From Promethearchaeum syntrophicum (GTDB lineage: Archaea > Asgardarchaeota > Lokiarchaeia > Sigyniarchaeales > Promethearchaeaceae), in NCBI RefSeq assembly GCF_008000775.2, contig NZ_CP042905.2, positions 750,001-782,000 of the forward strand: DNA of 32,000 nt. The letters are read 5' to 3'. The notes under the pieces are model-generated. The model was not told where the DNA came from. It was given only the letters and a program-made list of their open reading frames with translations, and searched no databases. Position numbers and translations under genes: made by a program. This document shows, one piece after another, positions 7,990 through 16,523 of the stretch (positions are counted from its first letter, which is position 1; every line of letters begins with the position of its first letter).

Positions 7990-8955
7990 TTAAAAAATAT
8001 CAAACAACTTACATATAAATATAACCACAGCAGTTAAATCGGCAGTGGTTCCAGGATTTAGTTTTCCATTTTTACTATTCAAATAATTATTCAGCTTAGA
8101 AATTAAAATATTCCCTATTCTGGTTTGTTTCATTTTATGTTTTTGTATTTTTTGGGCTTTTTTTTGGATTTTTAATGCGGTAGTGAGATTATTTTTACGA
8201 TATATTAAAGAATCAGGTTCTAGTGATAAAATTTTTAGAAAAATGGCAATAATTCGTTCGGATTTTGATTCAAAATTATCAAGCTCTGGAATTACCCAAT
8301 TTTTTATTAAATTTCTACAAAAATTAAAATTATCCCTATATTGGCGAGCGATTAAATCGAATTCGGCACTTTCAGAGAAAAGATCTTTTAATGTTTTATT
8401 ACGCCTTCTAATTTTTTGTTCTATCTCTGGATCCAAGAGGTTATATAATGATTTTAGTGGTTTTCCACCAGGGTTTTTTAATCCCCCTGCTTTTGATAAT
8501 TTAATCGCTCTAGTTAGCCATATTCCATCTGACACTGAGGCAGAATTGATAATTTCTTCAGTTTCATCCCAAAATTTGTCCCACTTTCTAATTTTGGATT
8601 CTAGAGGGCAATCTACGATTCTTTTTGATGCAAAAACAAGTGGAGAATATAATAGAATATGACCTAAAAGCAAATTTTCGTGGGGTGAAATTTCCATCAT
8701 TGATTTCACAGCATTATAAATGAATTCCCCAATTGATTTTTTATTTGATTTATTCTTGAAATATCTTAAATTTGCTTTTTTTATTTCGTTAGAAACGTTT
8801 TTGAAAGATTCAAATGATATTCCCTTTAATTTTTGACTCGGTCCGATATTTCCTGGTTTATCTGTTGAAAATTCTAAAAAACTTGCCTCATCCATTATAT
8901 TAATTACGTTTGTCATGGATCTTGGTTGAAAAATTAGATCGTTTATATCTTTCAT
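7990..8955 (-). CDS. CitG/MdcB-family protein (ATP:dephospho-CoA triphosphoribosyl transferase-like)
   Basis: Family motifs occur in the expected order: TDKPGNIGP (KPG[LN]V), HENLLLGHILLYSPL (tN.nlG.ilL), AGGL, EPDSLIYRKNN (D.lI.RK.G), and C-terminal NPGTTADLTAVVIF (NPG..ADL.a..lF). Confidence 0.6.
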   Translation of the reverse strand: MKDINDLIFQPRSMTNVINIMDEASFLEFSTDKPGNIGPSQKLKGISFESFKNVSNEIKKANLRYFKNKSNKKSIGEFIYNAVKSMMEISPHENLLLGHILLYSPLVFASKRIVDCPLESKIRKWDKFWDETEEIINSASVSDGIWLTRAIKLSKAGGLKNPGGKPLKSLYNLLDPEIEQKIRRRNKTLKDLFSESAEFDLIARQYRDNFNFCRNLIKNWVIPELDNFESKSERIIAIFLKILSLEPDSLIYRKNNLTTALKIQKKAQKIQKHKMKQTRIGNILISKLNNYLNSKNGKLNPGTTADLTAVVIFICKLFDIF

Positions 8956-8998
8956 CTTCTTGAGTAATGGGAAAAAAAATAAATAACTAATAGGTTTT

Positions 8999-9298
8999 CT
9001 ATCGTTCCATTATCATATAGCCTTGTTTTCCTTCATTAAGCATGGAAATTAACCTAAAATCATTTTTTAAATCTGATTGGTAAAGAAATCTATTTAATCT
9101 TAGTTTAAACATTTTTTTTGATATCGATTCTGGTAATTCAAAATTTACTTTATTTCCATCCTTGGAAACATCCTTAACTTTCATGTTATCAGAAATGAAT
9201 TGAATCATCTGATCAATGTATTTTTCTTGTGATATGGATAATTTACTTACATTTACTTCAAAAACATGAGTTGGTTCTTTTTTTTTCTTTCGAGCCAT
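8999..9298 (-). CDS. rpl22e: ribosomal protein eL22-like (L22e family)
   Basis: 99 aa. The N-terminal MARKKKKE and the block ISKKMFKLRLNRFLYQSDLKNDFRLIS align by eye with human eL22 [27 protein letters not shown]. Overall size and layout are comparable, and the ORF is shorter in the middle. Confidence 0.5.
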   Translation of the reverse strand: MARKKKKEPTHVFEVNVSKLSISQEKYIDQMIQFISDNMKVKDVSKDGNKVNFELPESISKKMFKLRLNRFLYQSDLKNDFRLISMLNEGKQGYMIMER

Positions 9299-9370
9299 AA
9301 ATAGTCACTATATTTTTTATAATAACTCTCAAAATAAAGGAAAAAAAATAAAATTTTCGATTTTTCGAAT

Positions 9371-11050
9371 TTAGAAAATTTCTTCAAATAAAGACGGATT
9401 ATATTTTTTAAGATCTTCCTTCAATAATGTAAATTTACGTGCTGCTGATTTAAGATCTGTAGCAATCGGACCTTTTTCTTTATCCGCTGCATTATTTCTA
9501 TATGGGCGAGTATCGGGATCTACAACTATTTTCGAATCAGAAGAAAGAGTTTTTAACCAATTTCCATAAACCTCATTATCCCATTTTCTAAAAGCAAGGA
9601 GAGTTTCAAAATATTTACCCATTGCTTCTTGTGGTGTTAAACCTATTTTAATTGAATCCCTTGCTTGCACCATTGATTTTGCTCCTCCGAACGTACCAAG
9701 ATCATGGGAATGTGTACCACCCCCAGCTTGGCAAATTATATCCATGTTGGGAGTTTCTCCATCGGGGTTCATTATTTTCGAAACATCCCACATTACAGTA
9801 GCTTTTAAGCCACCAGAACATATTGGGCGCATAGTTTTAATTTTGCCTAATGGACGCGTACAAGCTTCAAGATTTTCTAACACTGTTCTAGAAGATGCTT
9901 CCATTTTTCCCTTTGGTGCTCCGATGTGAAATTGATCAACACCCGCTAATCTCGCAATTAAAGTCCAGGCTTTCATAGACACTCCATGTCTCAAATTATA
10001 TTGAATTCCATCTATAATAATTTCAGGAAATATCGTTTGAGCGCCATGACCTGCTCGATGACCATGAATAATCATATTAGGGTATTTTTTACGAAGACTT
10101 TGAACTGCGGTCATCCCTGCAGCTAAAACATCAATCATTAAGCAATTTCCGCCTAGTTCCTTGATTAAATCTGCCCTTTTTATCATTTCATAAAAATCTC
10201 CAGAGGTAATATTTGGAACATAAATTAATTCTCTACCAGTGGTTTTTTTAACTTCTTTAATACCTTCAAAAACTAAACGTGCTCGTTTTTCAAATATGCA
10301 ATATTCTTGTGAAGTGAGATTTTCATCATCCTTCACAACATCTAATCCTCCCAAAAAAGACCTGGTTGAAGTTTTTGCCCAATCTGCTTCACTTAGACCT
10401 GTTTTTGGTTTCACTATTGTTCCAACCGTGATTTGATCTCCTAAAATAGATTTAATTCCTTCATTTCCTACTAAAGGGCCTAGAAATGTATTTGCGAAGT
10501 CATCGGGAATGTCCAAATCCTCTAATCTGACTCCCCATGCTGCACTTGACATTCCTGTATAGTTCCCAATAATCACACTTAAAACTTGTGGAAGATTTCC
10601 ATCTTCAAAACCTTCCTTTGGTAAAGAAACTGCAGCCATACCTGTTTTAAAATTAAGTCCTATTACTTTAGCTTCCAGTAATTTCATGTTTTCTTTAGAA
10701 TTGTCATCCATTTCACTGGGGAGTATTGTTTTTAAATCTGGATCCCAAGTGCCTGTACTTTCTTCTGCAGCAATTTCTAAAGCCGCCCGATATAATCCAT
10801 ATTCTTTGGTCCATCCCTCACGAAGTTTTGGGCTGATTGATAAGTACATTATTATATTTTTGTTCCTATATTCTTCGAAATTAAAAGAATTTGGATCTTT
10901 TAAGATATATGCTCCTAAACGTATTCTCATTTTATTATCGACAAGATTTTTATCGGGTGGAACCAAATTGTATGCATTATATAGATTACACGTTTTTATT
11001 GGTATTGTTATTTGTTCTGGGAATATTTCCCAGTTTTCTATTTTCACCAT
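9371..11050 (-). CDS. rbcL: ribulose-1,5-bisphosphate carboxylase/oxygenase large subunit, form III-type, with a C-terminal extension
   Basis: All catalytic signatures are present: AAEESTGTW, IIGNYTG, GTIVKPKTGL, GGLDVVKDDENL (carbamylated Lys), IHGHRAGHG, FHIGAPKGKME, CSGGL, QAGGGTHSH. At 559 aa (519 aa if M41 is the true start) it exceeds the ~445 aa typical of form III. Confidence 0.92.
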   Translation of the reverse strand: MVKIENWEIFPEQITIPIKTCNLYNAYNLVPPDKNLVDNKMRIRLGAYILKDPNSFNFEEYRNKNIIMYLSISPKLREGWTKEYGLYRAALEIAAEESTGTWDPDLKTILPSEMDDNSKENMKLLEAKVIGLNFKTGMAAVSLPKEGFEDGNLPQVLSVIIGNYTGMSSAAWGVRLEDLDIPDDFANTFLGPLVGNEGIKSILGDQITVGTIVKPKTGLSEADWAKTSTRSFLGGLDVVKDDENLTSQEYCIFEKRARLVFEGIKEVKKTTGRELIYVPNITSGDFYEMIKRADLIKELGGNCLMIDVLAAGMTAVQSLRKKYPNMIIHGHRAGHGAQTIFPEIIIDGIQYNLRHGVSMKAWTLIARLAGVDQFHIGAPKGKMEASSRTVLENLEACTRPLGKIKTMRPICSGGLKATVMWDVSKIMNPDGETPNMDIICQAGGGTHSHDLGTFGGAKSMVQARDSIKIGLTPQEAMGKYFETLLAFRKWDNEVYGNWLKTLSSDSKIVVDPDTRPYRNNAADKEKGPIATDLKSAARKFTLLKEDLKKYNPSLFEEIF

Positions 11051-11072
11051 TGTCTATTTTCACCAATTAACA

Positions 11073-12074
11073 TTAAAAAATATCACTTTTAGAACCATGT
11101 TCTATTATTCTGTATGCTTCATGTAGGAAAGGGTATATTTTACTAAACATCATATGGACTTGTCCACTAGGATAAATTCCTGCTTCAGTTATTACTCCAG
11201 AAATATAAACTCTATTTATCGTTTCAAATGCGGGGTTTAAATAGGTCAAATCTTTTGGTGCATCTTTCCAATCTTTCCATATTTCTTTTGTATCTCTCAT
11301 TTCGATTTTTTCATAATTTCCAAAAGCAGTTCCCGGGTTATACTTTAATAAAGGACTTGCAACATAAAACGGAATATGTATCTCTTTTGCTACCAAGGCT
11401 AATAATCGCGAGCCAATCTTATTTAGTACCGTTCCCTCACTAGTAATTGCATCCGCTCCAACAATAATAATATCTGAATTATAATTATTTGCAATCCATC
11501 TCATAGCACTATCAACAACTTGTATTACTTTAATTCCTGCATCAGAAAGTATTTTTGCTGTAATTCTACCTTGATAAAACGGTCGGGTTTCTGAGGAAAC
11601 AACAATAAAATTCTTCCCTTGTTTATGCGCTTCGATTAGAATAGATTCAACTATAGAACTATGACAATGAGTTTGAACAACATAGGGTGTCTCCAAATTT
11701 TCCGGAATAAGATTGTTACCATATTGTGCTATACTTTTTTTAGCTTCTTTTAAGATATTTTCGTATTCAGAGCCATAAATTTCGATCATTTTTGGAAAAT
11801 CTTCAAAAATTCCTTCAGAATTATCATGTTGTAATTTTCCTAAAATGTACATTAGACCATTTCGCATTCCTGGCTCAGTACTACGAGATTTCGCAAAAAT
11901 TTCTTCTACTTTAATTAGCTGAGACCACATTTCTTTTTGCGATAAGGATTTATTACGTTGCGCAAATTTTACCAATTCTTTAACCGCAAACATTGCAATA
12001 TTTGTTGCTCCTTGAATTTCTAGCGCTGTAATTTTTCTTGCAGCTTCGATAACTTCTTTCATTTTTAATCTCAA
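11073..12074 (-). CDS. ribose-1,5-bisphosphate isomerase (eIF-2B alpha/beta/delta-like family)
   Basis: Collinear by eye with Thermococcus kodakarensis TK0185: EIQGATNIA, THCHSS (catalytic Cys), SSETRPFYQGRITAKIL, VGADAITSEGTVLNKIGS, EKIEMRD, NPAFE. The track start is TTG. The ATG at 12062 (MKEVIEAARKI) is the more likely start. Confidence 0.88.
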   Translation of the reverse strand: MRLKMKEVIEAARKITALEIQGATNIAMFAVKELVKFAQRNKSLSQKEMWSQLIKVEEIFAKSRSTEPGMRNGLMYILGKLQHDNSEGIFEDFPKMIEIYGSEYENILKEAKKSIAQYGNNLIPENLETPYVVQTHCHSSIVESILIEAHKQGKNFIVVSSETRPFYQGRITAKILSDAGIKVIQVVDSAMRWIANNYNSDIIIVGADAITSEGTVLNKIGSRLLALVAKEIHIPFYVASPLLKYNPGTAFGNYEKIEMRDTKEIWKDWKDAPKDLTYLNPAFETINRVYISGVITEAGIYPSGQVHMMFSKIYPFLHEAYRIIEHGSKSDIF

Positions 12075-12130
12075 AATATAAGTGAATCTTAACTCTTAAA
12101 TTTTCGATCCTTATGAAGAATATAATAAAT

Positions 12131-12517
12131 TTATTTTGCTTTTAAAATCCTAATTGCTAGAAGTGCTGCATTTTTTGCCGAATCAATACCGACACAAGCT
12201 ACAGGCACTCCTGGAGGCATTTGAACTATTGATAATAATGCGTCTAACCCACCGAGTTTTGCACTCACCGGCACTCCAATAACTGGTTTTTGTGTTTTGG
12301 ATGCGACAACTCCTGGAAGTGCTGCTGATAATCCAGCCACACAAATAAAAACGTTTGCTTTGGAATTTTTCACATATTCATCTAATTCAATCGGATTTCG
12401 ATGAGCAGAGAGAATTTTTAATTCAAACGGGATGTCTTCTTTATTAAGAACATCAACAGCTTTTTGATAAACGCCTTCATCACTCTTTGAACCTGCCAAA
12501 ATAGAAATTAGTACCAT
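12131..12517 (-). CDS. purE: PurE-family protein (N5-CAIR mutase / AIR carboxylase-like), short form
   Basis: AGSKSDEGV..., [29 protein letters not shown] and [18 protein letters not shown] align with E. coli PurE. The protein ends right after the ...AALLAIRIL helix, so the usual ~30-aa C-terminal segment is missing. Confidence 0.8.
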   Translation of the reverse strand: MVLISILAGSKSDEGVYQKAVDVLNKEDIPFELKILSAHRNPIELDEYVKNSKANVFICVAGLSAALPGVVASKTQKPVIGVPVSAKLGGLDALLSIVQMPPGVPVACVGIDSAKNAALLAIRILKAK

Positions 12518-12794
12518 ATTTAAATAAATGAACGTAAATTCTTAATTTTTTACAATTTCATTTTTTTATTTTTTCTTGTTTAATAGTGAAATTCAACTCC
12601 CTTACAATAATTCTTTTCATTTAATATTGATTTAAGTAATTTTAATTAAATTTGAGAATGTTTTTTCATTTTCTATCTATTAGATTTTAATCAAATAAAT
12701 ATTAAAAAAAAAACTTATTTAGGTTAAACGAAAGCTTTAATTTGAAATAGAATTGAAAAAAAATAAAATACTATTTTAAATCGGGGTTAAAAGT

Positions 12795-13592
12795 TTGAGT
12801 ACAAACATTTCACAGGAAGTATACGCAGCTCTTAAAGAATTTGGCCTAACTGATTACGAAACAAGAGCTTTCATTGCGTTAATCACCAATGGGATTTCAT
12901 CGGCTAAAGAATTATCAGACAGAACCAAGATCCCGTACTCTCGAATCTATGATGTGCTTGTGAATTTAGAAAATATTGGTTTTGTTAACGTAATCAGCGG
13001 TCGACCAATGAAATACCAAGCAGAACGCCCCGCTTATGTTGCGAAACTGGCGAAAAAACAAATTGAAGAGAAATATCAAAGAATTGAATATGCTCTGCTT
13101 GAAAAACTAGAACCTCTATACGGGCACGAAGAAAACATAGAATCAACTCCTATTTGGATTTTAAATGGTGACGTTAACAAAAAAATTAATGAAATGATAC
13201 GTAATAGCCAAAAAACTCTCACAATCTTCTTGCACATCCCCAAGGAAGAAATGTTGGAAGAATATTTTGAATCTTTTCTATTCTTGACCGAAAAAAAAGT
13301 GGATATAAATATCATTGTGGATCAAAATTATCTTAAAATCAAGAACAAGAATATTTGGCGAAAATTAACATCAGTTGCGAAGATCCAAGTCATCAATAAC
13401 GTATTATTCGATGGTTTCCTTTTTGATTATGATGAAATGGTAATGTTTTTGACTACATTTTTCAAACTTTCCATAAAAGAAGAAGATATGGTGTTTCTTA
13501 TCCAAGAAAGTCGTTTAATTAACTATACTAAAACCTACTTCAAAATGATTTGGTCAATGGGTGAAAAATTTTTATTAAAGAATTATAGTTGA
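12795..13592 (+). CDS. TrmB-family transcriptional regulator
   Basis: The N-terminal wHTH LKEFGLTDYETRAFIALITNGISSAKELSDRTKIPYSRIYDVLVNLENIGFV is typical of TrmB, followed by a ~170-aa C-terminal domain. TTG start. Confidence 0.8.
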   Translation: MSTNISQEVYAALKEFGLTDYETRAFIALITNGISSAKELSDRTKIPYSRIYDVLVNLENIGFVNVISGRPMKYQAERPAYVAKLAKKQIEEKYQRIEYALLEKLEPLYGHEENIESTPIWILNGDVNKKINEMIRNSQKTLTIFLHIPKEEMLEEYFESFLFLTEKKVDINIIVDQNYLKIKNKNIWRKLTSVAKIQVINNVLFDGFLFDYDEMVMFLTTFFKLSIKEEDMVFLIQESRLINYTKTYFKMIWSMGEKFLLKNYS

Positions 13593-13677
13593 TACCTCGG
13601 ATAAAAAGAACAAAAAAATTAAATTTTTTATTAATTTTATTTTTTCAAATAGCAAAATGGTAATTTTTTTGTTTTTT

Positions 13678-14139
13678 TTACACTGTTGGATAACCCGCAT
13701 CAATCCATGTAGTTATTCCACCCAGCATATTATAAACCTTAAAAAATCCATTTGATGCGAGGATGTTTGAAGCTGACAGGCTTCTGCTTCCTGATCTGCA
13801 ATAGACGATAATTTCGGTATTATTATACTGTATAATCTCATTAAGTCGACTTTCCAACTCCCCAAGGGGTATTAATATTGAGTTATTGAGATGTCCTGAA
13901 TCATATTCATCTTGATTGCGCACATCTAAAATAATTAAGTTTGGGTAAGAAACTGTGTCATTAATCATGTTGTATGCCACTTCCACACTAATATCTTCAT
14001 AATCATTAGTTGTGGTATTATTATCATCTGGTAGGAATTGCGGGATAAAAATTACTCCAAGGATAGTCGCCATGATGAAAACAACAGTAGCGATTAAAGC
14101 AATTTTATTATTTTTTTTCATTTCCGATTCTTGCACCAT
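13678..14139 (-). CDS. membrane-anchored rhodanese-domain sulfurtransferase
   Basis: N-terminal TM helix (IALIATVVFIMATILGVIFI). Rhodanese core ILDVRNQDEYDSGHL...IIVYCRSGSRS...GGITTW with the active-site loop CRSGSRS. Confidence 0.85.
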   Translation of the reverse strand: MVQESEMKKNNKIALIATVVFIMATILGVIFIPQFLPDDNNTTTNDYEDISVEVAYNMINDTVSYPNLIILDVRNQDEYDSGHLNNSILIPLGELESRLNEIIQYNNTEIIVYCRSGSRSLSASNILASNGFFKVYNMLGGITTWIDAGYPTV

Positions 14140-14286
14140 TATTTATTTTGTAAATCGCGAAATTTATCCTTTTCAATTATGATTTATATAAGAAATTAAA
14201 AATCAGCTAGAAATTCATGAGGAAATAGTTAAAATATAAAAAAATAATATGAAAAAATTTTTTTTAAAATTGATAAAGAAATTATT

Positions 14287-15957
14287 CTACATCATACCAG
14301 GAGGCATTCCGCCCATTCCAGGAGGCATACCACCCATACCAGGAGGCATTCCACCAGGAGGTCCACCGGCACCGCCACCTACACCTGCGATAACATCATC
14401 TATCCGCAATATCATTTGAGCACACTCGCTTGCCGATTTTATGGCTTGTTTCTTAACATTCACGGGTTCAATAACATCCGCCTCAACCATATCGTCAACT
14501 ACTTCATTACTGTTCAAGTCTAAGCCTGCAAATTTTAATCCTTTTCCATGAGCAGCTCTTACTTTCATTAAAATTTCGATTTGGTCAAAACCTGCATTCT
14601 GAGCAAGTGTTTTTGGGATAATTTCCAATGAATCTGCAAATACTTTTACAGCGAGTTGTTCTCTGCCTTGAAGTGTTTCTGCATATAATCTTAATTCTTT
14701 TGCAACCTCTAATTCAGGGGCTCCACCGCCACCAACGATAGATGGTTCTTCTATACAATCTTTGACAACGCTTAATGCATCATGAATTGAACGATCTGCT
14801 TCATCTACAACTAATTCCGTGCCACCTCTGATAAAAACAACAACAGATTTTGGATGTTTACATTTTTCGATGAATGTCCAGTTTTCGTTCATAATTTTAC
14901 GTTCTTCTACAATACCTGCATACCCTAAGCCTTCAGCATTCATATCATCAAGATTTGAAAATATGGTTGCACCTGTGGCTTTAGAAAGTTTGTCTAAATC
15001 ACTCTTTTTAACACGTCTGATAGCCGATATTCCTTTTTTAACTAAGAAATGCTGTGCCATATCATCAATTCCTTTCTGGCAAATCACCACATTTGCACCT
15101 GTGGCTGCAATTTTATCTGCAAGATCTTCCAACATTTTCTGTTCTTGGTCGAGGAAAGCCGTAATTTGATCTGGGCTTGTAATTTGTAATTTCGCATCGA
15201 ACTCGGTCTTCTCAACTTCGATCGCTGATGAAATTAACAGAATTTTAGCTTCCTCAACACGTTTTTCCATTCCAGAATTTACAATTTCTTTATCCAAAAT
15301 TATCCCTGAAATGAATTGCGTTTCATCCAAAGCTGCTCCGTCTTTTTTCTGTATTTGAATTCTATCTAAATCTACATGAATATTTCCATCGATCTCTTCG
15401 CTTACCGCTAAACAAGCATCCACAACAATATCTGAAACTAAATCGCTATATTCACTAATGATTTTTGAACTCATTGAGGTTCTTGCTGCTTTTTTGAGCA
15501 TTTTTTTATCTTTTGGATCGATGGGCATCGCCATTGAATCTAAAATTTCTAAAGCTTTTGAAGATGCTTTCCGAAAACCTTCTGTTATAACTGTTGGGTG
15601 GATCTTTTGGTCAAGCAATTTTTCTGCACGTTTAAGCAATTCACCTGCTAAAATTACACTGCTGGTTGTTCCGTCCCCTACTTCTTCATCCTGCGCCTTA
15701 GCGACTTCTACCAACATTTTTGCTGCAGGGTGTTCAACATCTATTTCTTTTAGAATAGTAGCGCCGTCATTTGTGATGGTAACATCACCAAATGAATCTA
15801 CTAACATTTTGTCCATACCGCGTGGGCCTAAGGAACTTCTTATAGCTTCAGCTATCGTCTTTGCCGCAAGAATATTATTTCTTTGAGCACTTTTACCGGT
15901 AGTGCGCTCTGCACCTTCTTTAAGAATCAATACCGGTTGTCCTCCGAGTTGTGACAT
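14287..15957 (-). CDS. ths: thermosome subunit (group II chaperonin)
   Basis: LGPRGMDKMLV, ITNDGATIL, VGDGTTS and VGGGGAPE motifs. GGM-repeat tail GGMPPGMGGMPPGMGGMPPGMM. 556 aa. Confidence 0.95.
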   Translation of the reverse strand: MSQLGGQPVLILKEGAERTTGKSAQRNNILAAKTIAEAIRSSLGPRGMDKMLVDSFGDVTITNDGATILKEIDVEHPAAKMLVEVAKAQDEEVGDGTTSSVILAGELLKRAEKLLDQKIHPTVITEGFRKASSKALEILDSMAMPIDPKDKKMLKKAARTSMSSKIISEYSDLVSDIVVDACLAVSEEIDGNIHVDLDRIQIQKKDGAALDETQFISGIILDKEIVNSGMEKRVEEAKILLISSAIEVEKTEFDAKLQITSPDQITAFLDQEQKMLEDLADKIAATGANVVICQKGIDDMAQHFLVKKGISAIRRVKKSDLDKLSKATGATIFSNLDDMNAEGLGYAGIVEERKIMNENWTFIEKCKHPKSVVVFIRGGTELVVDEADRSIHDALSVVKDCIEEPSIVGGGGAPELEVAKELRLYAETLQGREQLAVKVFADSLEIIPKTLAQNAGFDQIEILMKVRAAHGKGLKFAGLDLNSNEVVDDMVEADVIEPVNVKKQAIKSASECAQMILRIDDVIAGVGGGAGGPPGGMPPGMGGMPPGMGGMPPGMM

Positions 15958-16061
15958 GATTTTTCACTTTATGATATTAGTAATAATTAGAAATTTTTAC
16001 TAATTTTAGTAAGGAAGTCTAAGTCACAAAAAATTTTAAACTTTTTTATAATGATTTTTTT

Positions 16062-16421
16062 TTGAAAACCGTTATATTTTTTATTCCTATTTTTCTTATA
16101 TTTGTAAGAATGAATGCAAAGACTAAATCTATTCTACTAAGAGTTATTCTTATAACTACTATATCCTTTAGTTCTATTGGTGCTGGGTTTTACTTTCATA
16201 ATAATATTATTATTAGAGGAACTATAACTTATTTATCCTTTGAGGGGGGATTTTATGGAATAATTAGTACCACAAATAATAGTTACGATCCTATCAATCT
16301 CCAACCAGAATTTGAAGAAGAAGGGTTAAAAGTATTTTTTATTGCTCGTAGAAACCTTGAAATGGCTAGCTTCCATGGGTGGGGAGATCTTATAGAGATT
16401 CGCTATATTAGACGGATTTAA
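16062..16421 (+). CDS. small hypothetical membrane-anchored protein
   Basis: Hydrophobic N-terminus (one or two TM segments), then a ~70-aa soluble domain (GTITYLSFEGGFYGII...YDPINLQPEFEEEGLKVFF...WGDLIEIRYI). The track start is TTG; the in-frame ATG at 16110 is an alternative. Confidence 0.45.
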   Translation: MKTVIFFIPIFLIFVRMNAKTKSILLRVILITTISFSSIGAGFYFHNNIIIRGTITYLSFEGGFYGIISTTNNSYDPINLQPEFEEEGLKVFFIARRNLEMASFHGWGDLIEIRYIRRI

Positions 16422-16523
16422 TTCAAAATTTTCTCAAAAGTATTTTCATTTTCAGAAAAGACTAAGTCTCACATCGCTAAAAAAGCCAAGAAAAAATGTA
16501 AAATCTTAATAAAAATTAACCTG

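Noticed and set aside
8183-8662. 159-aa plus-strand ORF antisense to the CitG-like gene. Similar antisense ORFs occur at 1880..2128, 2125..2355, 3035..3301, 3341..3688, 3396..3617, 4678..4881, 4863..5063, 5561..5749, 7208..7411, 9744..9929, 10239..10436, 10686..11126, 11228..11443, 13076..13315, 14819..15169, 15458..15886, 16633..16821, 17439..17648, 18561..18758, 20326..20565, 20890..21084, 21014..21196, 22322..22519 and 24658..25041.
   Set aside because: Each is embedded in, or overlaps, a longer ORF on another frame or strand that carries recognisable family motifs or a clear repeat architecture. Their translations are low-complexity, with no recognisable motifs. I treat them as shadow ORFs.
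14287-14360. Tandem nucleotide repeat at the 3' end of the thermosome gene
   Set aside because: It encodes the well-known GGM-repeat C-terminal tail of group II chaperonins, which is an ordinary feature.
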